Below, piece after piece: positions 1 through 14,894 of a DNA stretch of 64,000 nucleotides. A model generated the notes under the pieces. The model made no database searches and was not told where the DNA came from. It was given only the letters and a program-made list of their open reading frames with translations. Both the position numbers and the translations under genes were made by a program. The first letter of the stretch is position 1, and each line of letters opens with the position of its first letter. The stretch comes from Polymyxa betae A26-41 (Eukaryota > Protista > Endomyxa: Phytomyxea): positions 31,228 through 95,227 of the forward strand of contig RBZT01000646.1 in NCBI GenBank assembly GCA_003693705.1, written 5' to 3'.

Positions 1-480
1 ATTATGTTAGCAGAAACCACTGGGATTCCGGATTGAGCTTCGAAGCCTTCGGGCTCGTTTTTGTCCACAGACCAGTCCAGATTTCTTGGAACCATGGCTG
101 CAAACTTAAACGGTCGCATAGCCATCGACTGCAACTGACCGCGATAATAACGATAAAGTCCATCAACGGCCAGCAAGTTGCCCATGTCAACGAAGACAAC
201 ATTTCCTCTTGTCTCATTGATGATGCGCTTGTACAGTGTTGACTTCCTAGCAAGACCTCCCAGACCTGCTTAATACTCAGGGCGAGTGCTAACGAGCTGC
301 CAGTGAAAACATTACAGGTGTTTGATGCATCACTTTCGTCACAGTTTCTGCCGAACGCGTTAGCTGGCGTCACTTTACCATAGGTGTTTCTGGAAATCCT
401 TGATTAGAATCACATTTTCAGACTTGCTTATATTTACATTTGAACGACAATCGTCACATTGAGAGAAGATACCGTGATCA
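1..480 (-). CDS. 5'-nucleotidase/calcineurin-like metallophosphoesterase N-terminal domain protein, degenerate active site (partial; runs off window start, 5' end uncertain)
   Basis: Spliced minus-strand reading gives ...TYGKVTPANAFGRNCDESDASNTCNVFT|GLGGLARKSTLYKRIINETRGNVVFVDMGNL...AMVPRNLDW...IPVVSANI. This matches the GGxARxxT, DxGD, GNHEFD and xxSANI layout of 5'-nucleotidases. Confidence 0.6.
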
Positions 481-1410
481 AGCATCTACTACATATTCAG
501 CTACATGAAAAACAGCATCTGTGTTCCCGACATTAACATTATTAGAAGGTGATAGCATCGTGTCAGGGTAAGCATTGACATCGGTCAATCCGCCCGGGGG
601 CGCATAATGAGCAATTTGTGCTGATCTTGGGGTTGGGCATTGATCGCCTGTGACGAGACCGAACTGCTAAACTTCTAGGGAAGGACCTTTCAAGAGGGGA
701 TCATCAAGGATCAAATCCGATAAAAATCCCACGAGGAACGTAAAAACGACAACGAAAATTCTGTGCTGCGCGCCAAAACAGCATCTGTACCCCTGGCAGC
801 TAACCCTCACAATCAGCAGCGAAACGATCGAAGAAAAGCTCTGGAAACAGATCTGTATGTATGCATCCATATCCTGGGTATATAAGGTCGCGCTTTCAAG
901 TATATCCGGTCCAGATGGAAGCCAAACGCTGCTGGGCATCCAATTGGCAGTTCTATGAAGATCGGACAAGCGCTGCCGCCTGCCGGACACAGAATGCTGC
1001 CGATCTCAAAGAAAAGTCGAATCAAACTAAATCAATTGCTAATGGCACTGAAGGGCTCCGCCTTATTGGCTGTCGCCGAATAAAGACATTCCACAGTACC
1101 CGGAATCTGAGACCAATGACAGCTGATATCCACAGCCAATGGTCTACAGAATGTGATTAGGACGACTGCGAAGTGGTAGTGACAGTAATGTTTATTAGCA
1201 CATTTAGCAAGCCCGACTTGTTTAGGGTTTCATATACTGAGCTGAGGGGCCGATTACGTACAGTTGATGGAGATGGGAAACGAAGGGGAGATTTTGAATG
1301 TCTGTAACATAATCGACTGCGTCGATGACAGTGAGGACGCACTTTAGTTTGCGGTTGGCTCATTCAAGCAGACGCATTATCATTTTCATCGATCATCGGT
1401 CTATCAAATA

Positions 1411-2197
1411 ATGGAGGTCGTTGACAAGGTCAAGTCGTCGGCCCTGGCCTGGATGGAGGAGATGGAAGCCTTCCTCATCAAACAGGAGATAATGGCCCTG
1501 AGTTTGTTCACACAAAAGACGGGACTCAAACAAATTCATGGCGTTCTTATTGGTGTGGCGGCCCTATTTTTCTTCCTCTTGACGGTGCATGAGGATTTGT
1601 TTTAACTGCCATCAAGCTGAAATGCGTTTGTGTGTAGAACTTTGGAGGTAAAGCAGTGACTAACCTGATTGGCTTCGTGTATCCGACACTGGCGTCGTTC
1701 CACGCTTTGAAATCGAAGAATTTTGATGACGACGCCTTCTGGCTCACTTATTGGATCGTTTTCGGGTAAACTCTATTCGCTGCCTGATGCATTTATAAAT
1801 CGTTACTTTCAGGCTATTTCAACTGCTGGAAGCATTTGGCGATTTGTTTTTGTTTTGGATTCCTTGTTACACCTTATCTAAGTGCTTGTTTTTGATATGG
1901 CTGTTCTCCCCTCGAACACGCGGGGCCCTATTTGTCTTAAATCAGTTTGTTGCTCCAGTGGTGAAACGCCACCAGACAGAAATTGACGGCGCCATTAACG
2001 TACGTTTGCTGAACTTTCGTTCTCACTCTCATCCTAAGTCTAAATAGGCCGCCAAGAACTTCGGCAACCAGATGGAGAATGAAGTGATCAAACCGGTTGC
2101 TTCTCAAATGGCTCACAAAATCAGCGAATCTGCCATGGATATCATCGCGAATCAGCTTCGTCAGCAAGCTTCCCAGGAAGGCGAAGGATCTAGTTAA
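1411..2197 (+). CDS. REEP/DP1/Yop1 (TB2/DP1/HVA22 family) ER-shaping protein, multi-exon
   Basis: Exons give LIGFVYPTLASFHALKSKNFDDDAFWLTYWIVF and LFWIPCYTLSKCLFLIWLFSP, separated by short GT-AG introns. Confidence 0.9.
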
Positions 2198-2447
2198 TCT
2201 GCAGTCGTTTCAGAAGACCATTCCATTTCCTCCTATTTGTTGAGTACATAAATTAAAATCATAGATTTTGTTGGCTGCTCATGCTTCTACTCGTATGTAA
2301 TCTCATACGTACATTGTAGAGTCACAGGATATGAGAGCATGTCTTTGGCGCTAACGTCTAGGTTAAAACGCGATAGCACTGCCGAAATCACTCTTAACGT
2401 TTATATAGAGGGCCTGGGAATCCTCAATCGAAGTCTGCCGTTGATGT

Positions 2448-4433
2448 ATGGCTGTCTACTGCTCGAAACTTGCAACAGAAGTGAGTCAGGATTTCATTAA
2501 TCAGTAATTTGGCATAACGCTGGTTGCTTGTTTGCCATGGTATTGACTTATCTTCTGCAACAGAAGCCTGGGTCTGGAAACATCAATTGAGTCTATGCTG
2601 CATCGGTTAGAGTTCAGGAATGAAGGTGACCTAAAGCAGATACTGACTGGAAGGACGTCTTTAGAAAAAGAGAGAAAGTCTCAGTGTAATACCCAATTGA
2701 ACGCCTCTTTTCCAGTTACTCTATATTTTGTCTTTCACTCAAGTGCTGGCTGAATGCATCCTGACAGATGAACCCATATTTGCCAATATCGATTCCGTCA
2801 AACTACGGGTTCGCCAAATTGGCGAATTAATTGAATGTAGCGATGACAGTGATTTAAATGGTGATTGAGATACTGAAGTTTGCTTCCATTTATACGTGAC
2901 ATACTGTACTCTGATTTAAAAACTGTGTTCATTTCATTGGCTCTTGTTTGCTTGAAAACTGACAATATTTGCAGAGCAGAAATGTATTCAAGAGCACATC
3001 AACGACGTAGTCGCTGAGATTGCAAGCATTAAGAATAGCCGCGCGCTCGAATACGATGTAATGAACTCCAAGTGCCAACAAACAGACCATTCGCTCGCTT
3101 CGCTCATCCAAAAGTATGACCTAAGCAGTAACGACGATGGGCAATACGTACTCGGCCGTTCGCCAGATCAAGCTCCTATCGAACAGCCATCGCAACCTGT
3201 CGGAACTGCTTTCAATGATAAGATTTGTACTAATTGTCTACAGGGAGGTCGTAAAGAGAAAGCGGATAAACCTGTTGATCAGGAAAACTCAATTTTAGAA
3301 CAAATCAGCAACGTGGAAAAGACCATTGACCTAGACGGCGGTCAGTATGGTGGATGGGATGAACACGACCATCGTCATTTTCTCAAGTCGGGGATAATCA
3401 CCATTGATCTTACGCTCTTGCCTAAGGTCGTTTAGGCTGTGGAATTCATACAACAATCTAGAAGAGATATGCCATCGTGGGTCTAATGAGATATATGGAC
3501 AGACAAACCAATCGGTTATGGCGCATTGCAAATGGTTTGAAAGGTACAGATCCTGTTTTCTCACTTGTGGACAATTCGAGAAATTAAAGTTGCAGTTCAG
3601 ATATAACGGCTATATTTTACGTAAGAAAGAGCTGATTGCCAATTGGAGAGTTATCAAAGATGTAATGATGATTAGAATGCTCACCACACGCGGCTCATAT
3701 TTACCTTGGTTTATAGAGTGAGAAGAAGAAAGCAATACAAGAAACAGAAGAGGCTTTAACCAATGCGAATAAAGATACCAACGATGAAGCTTTAAAAAAG
3801 CAACAGGAAAAAAAGGAAGCGGCTCTTCGAAAATGGAAAGTGAGTTCTCATCAAGGTTGCTAGATCTGCCTGTTGACTTCGTTTACAGGAAGACAAAGCT
3901 AAACAAGAACAGGCGAAATTCCTGCGTGAAGCAGAGCTTCGAGAGAAATCACTGAAGGCTGAGAGGCGGCGCTTAGAGCGACGTTCAAAAATTCTGCATG
4001 ACAAAGTCGAGAAGTTCCATGCTGAAACCGAATCAAAGCAGCGGTTAAAAGAGAATAATCAACCAAAAAAGGTGGAAATCGATGAGCGCGCCCTGCAAAA
4101 AGTAATATAAAAATGTCAAAGAAAAGTGCTGTATTAACTGTTTAGCAGATCCAAATGAGAAATTCGGCATTAATTAGCAAGCGTAAGAACTTGGTTGAAT
4201 CGAAACAAATCGAACAAAAAAGGAATGTGATGAGAACCGCTGCATTAGCAGCAAAGTATCGTGCCTCGATTAGGATTGCAGCTGATCCAGATCGGTTGTT
4301 AAAGGAAACAGAAGCGATGAAGGTTAGGATGCTGGCTCGCGAGGCGGAAAGATCTGAGCCCAAGCAAGAAACCAGCACCTTTATTCTGTCAGCCCAACAT
4401 CGTGCTGTACCTCAATGGAGAAGAGGCGTCTAG
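2448..4433 (+). CDS. CCDC112-like coiled-coil (centriolar/ciliary) protein, multi-exon; start approximate
   Basis: GGQYGGWDEHDHRHFLK, HCKWFERY...KKELIANWR, a long charged coiled coil, and C-terminal HRAVPQWRRGV* all resemble CCDC112. Confidence 0.7.
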
Positions 4434-5124
4434 TGCATCCATTATTCACAATCGCGACAGCGATGCTGCGCTGTCAAGAATTCATAGTTGTGGCTGGACT
4501 CTCATCAGTCGAATCTCGAAAAGTGATTCACATTCGTTTTACATAGCACTGGGAATATATAATCAATGTCCTGATTTTTGAGAGAAGCGATAGTTTTCAC
4601 AGCATCGCTTACAATAAATTGGAGTTTCATTTCAAGATTTCCTTTCCTGCTGTAATACTTGAGATCGTATCAACTGATTGTAAGTTGCCGTCGGGTGTTT
4701 GTGAAGAGTATGCCCTTTCAGCGTCAAATTAACCTATTGTTCTCTCTCTAGAGCGTTCTTGTTTCCCGGAATAGGAGAAGTTCCTTTGACCGACAGAAAC
4801 GAATAAGGAAAATCGTATTTACCCTTCGACATCCAGCAATCGCTATTGTTTTGGCGCTGCTGACGACTGTCAGTCGTCAAGATAATGCCGAAAGCCTGCT
4901 GGCTAGTTCCTGATAGCCTAAGACAAAGCTTACTCTCGAAACGTTTTGATAGTGCTAGACGGAAACTAGGGCCAGCAGGAATGATATCAAAAGGCAATCT
5001 GCATCACACTGAGAAGAAGAGGGTTGACAGGGCTCCCAGTTGGATTCCGATCCGACAGAATCACCATACTGGGTTGCTGGGTTGTAAAAGCGTGGCCTTT
5101 AATGAGTCAAAGGGGTCGTTCTGT

Positions 5125-6256
5125 TTATGGCAATGCCTGGTAACATTCTGTGGCGGATCCACAATCTTGATAGCATTTTGAGACGGTTACGAACTGGTAA
5201 TCTGAGAAACGCTGCTTCAACCAGGCAAGCATTCCTGTATGATACCACATGTCGTGCATCAGGATCATTTTTGACGTCTGCCGCGGCGATTCGGTCTCGA
5301 TGTTCGCCTGAATCTGATCGATACTCAAGCCTTGGTTTGGGTCAGCTTATTTTTCATTAGAGTTCAGAGTTTTCACCTCTCCAGTCATTGCTATCGACAT
5401 TCCAAATCACTGATGTCAGACCTAACTTATTTAACTGCCCGTTTTTCTCTTCGTTTGTACTCCCAAACCTGAAAAGGCTTAATACGTGCATTAATGAACC
5501 GACACAATATTACGGCGGTCTTAGCATTGTGAATGATGTTTTCGATGCTTCAACGTGGCATCTGTTGGCAAGCCAGTCTCTACAACTTTTCACTTCGTGT
5601 TCGATATTAGTAGTGGGCAACGTCAGATCTACATGATTCCAGGTGTGCCATTGGACTTCGTGCCCTGACACAAGTTAGGCGTATTTTTCACATTTCTATC
5701 GCCGCGACCTTCATTGAGCATTCGTCTGACAAGCTCACATTCTCGGGGTCCATAGTGTCCGCCGTTGGAACCTGGAGCAATGAAGAAAGTGGCTACGAGC
5801 CCGTTAGCTTTTAGTTCATCGAGTACATGTGCCGTTGCTGGGTATCCGTCGACATTGTTATTGATAGTCCAAGGACCTACAAAATTGGACATGTGAGATC
5901 CTTCCAAAATCGCAGCTGCCTGGTACCATCATCGAAGGTTAACTACATAGAATCAGCGGAAAGCAGAACCAACAATAGAAACATACAGCTACGTATTTGT
6001 GTTCACCACAATGTGATACGACGCCAGGCGGCAATGGCTCTGGTGCAGGCGTTGATTGCTGCGGCTGTGCAGCCGTTGATAGCTCCGGTGCAAGCGTTGG
6101 TTTGAGAATTGCTCTGTCAGGAGATGGTGTGGTGGTGTTCGACGCTCTAAACAAGGCACCGGTTGGATTTCCTCGTAAGGTTAAATAGACGATAACCCCA
6201 GCTAGCGCTAAGATTCCTACACAAACGAGTACTCCAACCTTTCGTCTCGTTGACAT
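5125..6256 (-). CDS. Polysaccharide (chitin) deacetylase, NodB/CE4 family, with N-terminal membrane anchor and Pro/Thr linker; 3' end may extend via a further intron
   Basis: MSTRRKVGVLVCVGILALAGVIVYL anchor followed by motifs TFDDG, LVATFFI, GHEVQWHTWNH and ILMHD...YQFVTVSKC. Confidence 0.85.
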
Positions 6257-6569
6257 TTTTGGCAAGGTCTGGAACTGAGGCACGCGTCATGCTACCATCA
6301 TCGTCACTTCTACATGACGGTGGAAAAAATCTTTGACAATTATTTAGACACGGTAAAAGTTCCATTAAATTAACATGACAACCATGAATGCATCCTTTAA
6401 CACAGATTAATTGTAACAGTTTCGTTGATTTGGATGATTAGCGCTTCATCGGCGATCAGCAGAATAATCATATTCTGAACTGTTTGAATTACAACTAAAG
6501 CAGTCCATGGCTCTTCCAACAGAAACGGCAGATAGCGTTCACGATTGAAGCATATGAGGTGCTTCCCAT

Positions 6570-7714
6570 TTAATGTGATGTATCGGAATCAGTTTTCAGG
6601 TCCATATTAACTGGGGCGCCCCAAAGCTCGGCCATTTTTCTGGCGATACAATCTAGATCTTCGAAGGCATCGCTGATTGTGCTTTTCTGAAGCTGAAACT
6701 TCAAATCTGTGGCCTCGTCGTCTTCGGGCTCTTCGATCTTCACGTATTCTAATTCTTTCGCTCGACGAGCAGCTTCGATTTGTGACTCCAGAAGCGCTGC
6801 TCGTGTGGGATGTTCGGATCTCATATACCTAACAAGAAACTCATATCGACGATTACAACAAAACAAAGACTTACTCTATCGTGGGAAGTCGGCCATCGGG
6901 TATGAGCGTCCCCCAATCCAAAGTTCGTTTTCCGGTTTTAACGAAGACGTACTTCCTATAGAGCTCTAGCTCAGTTTCAGTATTCTTCTTCGATTCCAAA
7001 GTTTCCTGAACGCGTTTGAGTGCGATATCATTTTCCTTTTTGGCAACAGATAGCTCCTGCTGCAATTGCTTCACTTGCGAGCGTAGATTTAAGAGTTCCT
7101 GGTCGCAAGCATCTGAAGCACGCACTCGTTCGGCTCCAATAAGCATAACCAAGGACATCGCAGCATCATCATAGCGTCGAAATAAACTTGCTAGCAAATT
7201 CGCTGTTTGATTTTGAACAGACAGCTTCGGCAAGATGTGATTAAGACAGCATGCATACAGATTACGCTTTCCTATCAAAGCTTTAGAATGAGAAATTTTA
7301 CTACCAACAAGAATCTCCCAGGCAACGAAGCGGTTATGAACAAATCCGCTTACTTCGAAATGCACCAATTGAAGGCGGGACATTGTCAAGCTCATTAGAG
7401 AGCGATTCAAGAACATGTATGACAGGGGCTATACGATTACAGGCAAGCTTAGGGCGGGTTTTACTTTCTTCAAGAGCGGCATTGAATTCTTCAACTGCTC
7501 TCCCATCTACGGCTATGCTGTCATAGTTTCGGTATAGTAATCTCGGGAGAAGCTTGACAGGGCGTCGTCCAGAGCCAGGCGTTGGGCGAGTTCGATACAA
7601 GAATGCAGATGGGGTCTGCGATAGTTGAAAGTTATGCTGTGAACGAAGATCGGGTAGACCATGTAAAACCGGCGTTGAATGGCATCGTAAGATGTCTGCA
7701 ACTGATTCCCTCAT
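6570..7714 (-). CDS. Hypothetical multi-exon protein with coiled coil; start uncertain
   Basis: Chained ORF fragments (ELLNLRSQVKQLQQELSVAKKENDIALKRVQETLESKK; YMRSEHPTRAALLESQIEAARRAKELE) separated by short introns. Confidence 0.45.
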
Positions 7715-8182
7715 TTATAGTACGGTCACGATATACACATTAGGATACTTTGAGAAAGAATCAAGATGTATAACCGTCGCTAGATAGAGATTTTTGCGAT
7801 GAAACTGATCACGATGCTGGGTGCGTGAGAGCACCCAACGCCATCGCAATCCAACAGAAACCCAACCACAGCAAGGCATCGCCTGAATTCAGTGAGATGT
7901 GAAGATTAAGGACATAGCGGTCGATCTTCACTTGACCATCGCCGTCCTGACCTTCAGGAAGAGAGAACGCTCCGAAGGTGCCCCTGGAGGCCCGCCTCGA
8001 ACAGGCGCTGCCTCGAAGGGGGTTGCGGACTTTCTGTGATTTCGATCGAAGGTCCTGCCTGGCTGTATCTTTGCCAGTAGTGATCACAGCTGATAAACCC
8101 GGTCAGCCTGTTGGCGCTTCACAGTTCTCTGTCACTCTAGCAAACTGTTGCAGACAACCGACTATTCACTTTGCATAGCAAT

Positions 8183-9461
<1,279 letters not shown>

Positions 9462-9548
9462 ACGCGGGATCGCGATTGTCTGAACCGAAGTTGTTATGAT
9501 AAAATGTTCGATTATGAGACATTATAGATGAACAATATGGATAAATGA

Positions 9549-10844
9549 TTAAGCCGCCTGCTTGCAATCTTCTGACCGCCCTACTTTCTCTGGATGTATG
9601 GTTACCGAGGATACGCCAGATGATTTCAGAATAGCCTATCCATACAACTCAGCAACAACCCTATATAGAACTGTAGCAAGACATACAGTGAAATGACTCA
9701 TCGTAAGAGATATATCGGCATCCTCAGACAACATAACGTGCATAGACGCTATGACCTTGTCGCTGGTAAGAGTCCATACATGGAAGTGGTGAATGCCAAC
9801 AACACCATCCCTGGACAGTAATTTAGCAACAACGCTCTTCACATCGATGGCTTTAGGCGTTTGCTGCAGCAGAATGGCAATAGCATCTCGCATCAGAGGG
9901 ACCGTTGCAAATGCCAGCAGGAATACAATAAGAATGGAGAATACGGGATCAGCGACGAATCTATGATGGAAACTGGTAAACTTGATGAAAAGGCATGAGG
10001 CCAGCACACCAACAGAACCAAGGCCATCAGCAGCAACATGCAATAGCACACCTGATGCAAAGGCTAAATAACTTGAATAAATATGCAAAGAGAACAGTAC
10101 CTTGCATATTTTTATTTTCTAGAGCACTGGTTGTAGATTTTTCGCCCGAATCATTGGTGGTCGAATGCTTTCCAGTTCCAAGAATGATAATTCCTGGACG
10201 CAACATCAATCAATTCAGAATTACAGAGCTTATAGAAACCCTTACCTAACACGTTCAATAACAGCCCACCGATCGAAACCCACAAAATAACGTCCACATT
10301 CATCTTTTGAGGAGGCTCATATTCCATAATTTTTTGGATTGCGTCTATGGTGATTGTCAAGCAGATAGCCAGCATGAATGTGGAATTGACTAATCCTCCA
10401 ACAACTTCACACCTAGTCCTATGAGAATAAATGGATATCCGAGGCGATCCGATTTCTTCTTGTAACCTACCATCCAAAGGTGTTATATTCGCTGGCGTGT
10501 TTTCTCGATAATCGCATAGCGCATAACCCAATGCACATAGCAATTAAATCAGAAAACATGTGCATAGCATCGGCGACAAGGGCCAGCGATTGGTAACGGA
10601 TGCCGATGTAAATCTCGACGACAAAATATGACAATGTTAAGAGCAGAACGGCATAGAAACGGTAATCGTTGTTCTTGTCAAGCGTAGAAACGGTAGCGAC
10701 GTTTTGGGGAACAGCAAAGTAATGGTTCGCTTGAAAGAATGCTACAGAATCGGAACTGGTAATCAACATGGGCGAAGAATCATTGGGTGAGCCTTCGACC
10801 TCAAAGGCCACCGTATCTTGACCTGCCCTGGATGATTGCTGCAT
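9549..10844 (-). CDS. Cation diffusion facilitator (SLC30/ZnT) zinc transporter
   Basis: SLALVADAMHMFSD, NTFGW|TRCEVVGGLVNS, GVLLHVAADGLGS and IHHFHVWTLTS. Confidence 0.92.
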
Positions 10845-11231
10845 CGGGTGGAATTAGAAAATCACGGACGTCACAATCTGAGAGTCGTTAAGATGAATGA
10901 GTACGCCCGAAACAACGATACGATTAAGACCTGTATCAAGGTCAGGCAAGTCAAAGGCTGAAAGGCTACGGCGTCGATAGCGGAAGTTTAATACGCCCCG
11001 ATTAATCAGCTTTCAATGCGAACCATAACAACTTTGATGCTGACCGTTCCCAACTCTGGCGTATTTCTGAAGATTGCAGGTATTAACTATTTGCGCAAGG
11101 CTCGGTCGAGATGGCATTCGAGACCGTGCTATCGCTTCTAGCCGCACGAATGCAAATAATTCCAAGATTTCATTAGTTTAATAGATAAAGTGAATGTGTT
11201 GCAAAGCGGTGTGATTTGTACATGAACGATG

Positions 11232-14148
11232 CTAGCATGACTGTGGTAATGTACCAGACGTTACGGGAGCTACTGGATCAGAAGGGAATTGCAAACTCGC
11301 AAGTGAAAGCGGAGATATTGGAACTGACTTGTTTGGAGTTTGACGTCCAGAACTTCCAGCTGAGCCTAAAGAGCATTAAGCTGAGAATCCAGAGGTAGGA
11401 AATCTGTCAACAAACCTGCCGGCCGTGAACGGCCGTTTTGCAAGAACAATAATGCATCATCCTCTTCATTCTGCGGGTATTTGTATTTACAAGATAGATC
11501 AAGATGTTCAACGCAATATTCCAGGAATCTGAACAACCACGTTTAACCACTTTTTGACAAAACACATCGCTCGATTACTTGGCCTCGTGTTGTGCATTTT
11601 TCATCATCTGCATGGGATCAATAGATGCAGGACACCTCAGAACAGAAGGAACCAAGACAATGCAAAGGTTAGATGCTGACATCCGATTCTGAGGCGTAGC
11701 ATCAATTACGATAGGAGTAACGCGATTTAGTCAAAATTAACCTCATTTTGGTTAGCTGAAAACTGGCGTATTAAATGAACAACGGCAGCAAAAAGTAGGG
11801 CATTGCTCGGATTAATCTCATCCAGAATGGCTTCTAAAGCCAAAGCAGACGGTGCTTCTGGAGACTTGCCTATGTTCACACATCTCTGATACGAGTTAAG
11901 CAAAACATCAGAGAGGATAAAATGGTAGCTCACTTGATAGAATTTGTCCTCTGGAATTACCGGTGTCGTCAATTCACGCATCCATTTTTTTAATAAAGCA
12001 GCACACGCATGAACAGAAACATCTGAATCCAGGAATAGGTCTCCTGAATCTATCTGAACAAATCTGGCTGTTAGAGACATTTAATATATAGCAAACGAAT
12101 CTAACCTGCCTAGCAAGGTCGACAACGACTGATGACTCTGGAGATACTCTAAATATTCCCTCCGCTCCCAAACCACCTAGCAATATTAATCATCTTATAA
12201 CTGACGATTTCTACTAGGAAAATAACCTGATCTAATCGTGGCGGCTTTGAGGATCGTGAAAATATTAGGCAATGTGTGTTCCGGATAGAAATTCCCCTCG
12301 CGCTGGGAATCCATGATTGATTGGAGCGAAGTCTTGAACATACAGCCTAAATCGACAGTTGAGACAATGGCTGCTAATAGCAGATAGAGAAAAGTTTTTA
12401 CATTGCTGATCGGACATGTTTGTTACCTGGTTAATTCTGTCCAAAGAGACAAACAATTCATATTGGAAGAGATCCAGACGACGAGAGCCTTCAGCATACT
12501 GAGAAGCCTGAGCGAATGTCACACAGTAACAGAGGCAATGTCAAATCACTACAGTATTGATACAGAATCCCTGAATGTCTTTGGACACATCAATCAAGGA
12601 ACAAGATTTCGCTAATTGTTCCGATAAGATGAGATAACGTTTTGACATCGGAATAAAAAGTCGTCCAAATGCTTCTAAATGTCCTCTTATGGAGTTGATC
12701 CTCATTTCTTCTAATGACTGCATTTCTGAGAGAAGGTCCGGAATTTCCCTCGAGGTATAAGAGTGAAGCATATGATTCGACACTTGAATTTCATCAGAAT
12801 ACGAAGCACCTACAGAACAATCTGAGCTCGAGCGTCTGAAGAGCTGCTCAGGCTTACACGTTTTCTGCAAAAGAGCAGAATTTCGTATCTTTGCTTCTTC
12901 TTGTTTTCCTAAGAGATTGGCAGCTCGACTTCCAATTTTATGAAACACTTTCCCGCTTCGGTTGGACAATGGACGTTCTGATGACTCGTCCAGACCCAAC
13001 TCTGGCCCATAAGTGCTTAACATACGCAAACACTCCTGTTGATCGGAATAGTAATCAGATTAGAAGTTTTACAAAGTTGAAGATGGGACCTGCTTTTTCT
13101 TTTCCATAAGTTGCCTCCTATTGTCCATCGCTTGAGTAATATTCTTCTCAGTCTCAATAATTCGCGATAATATTGGCTTAGCGATTTCTTCGAAAGTCTG
13201 AAGAGGTTCCACCACACTTAGTCGAGCTTCACTTGCAAACCAAGTATGGATCTGTGACAATTCTTCGGCTTTGTCAAACAGATCCATAACGGCACCGCCA
13301 CAAGCGACCTGCATTAGCGAAGTCAGAAAGTGGAAGCCGAACCAAAGCATGTCGATCACCATAAAATCAGGTTTCCTCCAGGCTGAAATTTTCTTCTTTT
13401 CGGATTTGACAAGGTTGCCAACCTCGACGGCAAAATCTTGCTGAAGTTGGCAAAGTTTTAGTACAAACTACGATCAGCGTTAGAGCGAATTTCGGATGCA
13501 AGAGTGGCGAATTAACCTGTTTTAATCGATACACTTCAGCCATTCCAGTATCCAGCTGGTCTTTTACTTTGTCGAAAGCATGAGGAAGAGCTTCTGCGAA
13601 ATTCGATGGCTAATTAGCGATTAAAGGACTTCACTGCATTTAGTTAAAAAAACGATACCACGAATTTCGGAATTTCGGGAACAATTACATGTGCAAGCTC
13701 AGACGGTGAGTATCTGCCAGATGACGCGACCTGCTGGGTTGGAAAGCCCTCAAAGTTTGACGATTCAGTCTCTAAAACTGGGCAAGAAATGCGATCTCTA
13801 ATAACATTCAACGATTATGAGCGCTCATGAAGACAGCCTACAAGTTGATGCGAGGCAGCAGAGATTCCTCAAGAATGCTTCCGGTTGAATTCCTGCTTGA
13901 CAAACGCGTCTGCAAAGGTTTCTCGGTGACCTGAATCGCATCTTCACTGGCACGATGTTTCAGAATCTTGGGCGAGTTATCGGCAGGTGTCGCCCGCGCA
14001 ACTCGGTGCCTCACACACGAATGCGAGCATTGGCATTCGGTTGGATTCGTGGCCGACGCTGCGAATCTGGAACACTCTACAGCCCTCCTTAAGACCCAGT
14101 GAAGCTGCGAGGACAGAACTCACCACAGCCGGGCTCGCGACAAGACAT
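11232..14148 (-). CDS. RhoGAP protein with central F-BAR-like helical region and N-terminal Cys/His module
   Basis: RhoGAP motifs GGLGAEGIFRVS, HACAALLKKWMRELTTPVIP and NRMSASNLCIVLVPSVLRC. Upstream helical region QSLEEMRINSIRGHLEAF...IDVSKDIQGFC resembles F-BAR. Spliced N-terminus is MSCREPGC|ECSRFAASATNPTECQCSHSCVRH. Confidence 0.75.
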
Positions 14149-14894
14149 GACAAATGTTAATGGAAGATGGCGGTTGCGCCCCCTGCCTACTGTCGTTATC
14201 GACTACCCTTCGCTTCATATAACGTCACTGAGTGGAATGGATTCATTCCATAATCCGACTATGTTAGGAGTCGTTTCCACAACGACTTGCATTGACTGAG
14301 CAGACGAACTTTAGAACTGGATTTAGAACTGGATTTGGAAAGTCACATTCAGCGACAAGTTTTTCGTTTATGTCAAACTAAATGCTGTGTGCTATTAGAA
14401 AATCGGTTGGAGAGCTCCTATTTGGAGTCAGAATTTCAATAGGATCGTAGCAGTCGAGTTGCATAGATTATTGATAACAATGCGTGTTCGGGAGGCATAG
14501 AATGGTAGCTTACATCTTCTCGATTGGTCTGACGAACCTGTTGTCGAACCGGACGCTGACCTTTGGACGTTAAGTAACAAGCAGTTCTGAGCCGTTATCT
14601 CCACTGATATTTGAGCCATGTGAGACAGGGAGCGCTCTGACTCAGATCGCAACAAGGCGCTCGCCTGTATCATTTGAGGTTCCTTTTCGTTATCTGCGAT
14701 CAGCGACCGTCCATTTATCGGCATTCATTCGCATCAGCATCGACCCGATGATGAATAGATTCCTCGAACTCTTGGTGCTTCGTGAGCTGTCGATATTCCG
14801 CGATGCTTTTTGTTGGGAAAACTACAAAAGTTCCCAGATGGGTAGCTAGGGGTATCAATCGAACAGAGAGGTGCATCCAGCGGGTATGACAGTT

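Noticed and set aside
14311-14340. TTAGAACTGGAT tandem repeat and ORF 14428-14724 as an immunity gene for the Tse2-like toxin
   Set aside because: The repeat is a trivial two-copy slippage. The ORF has no recognisable features or codon support.
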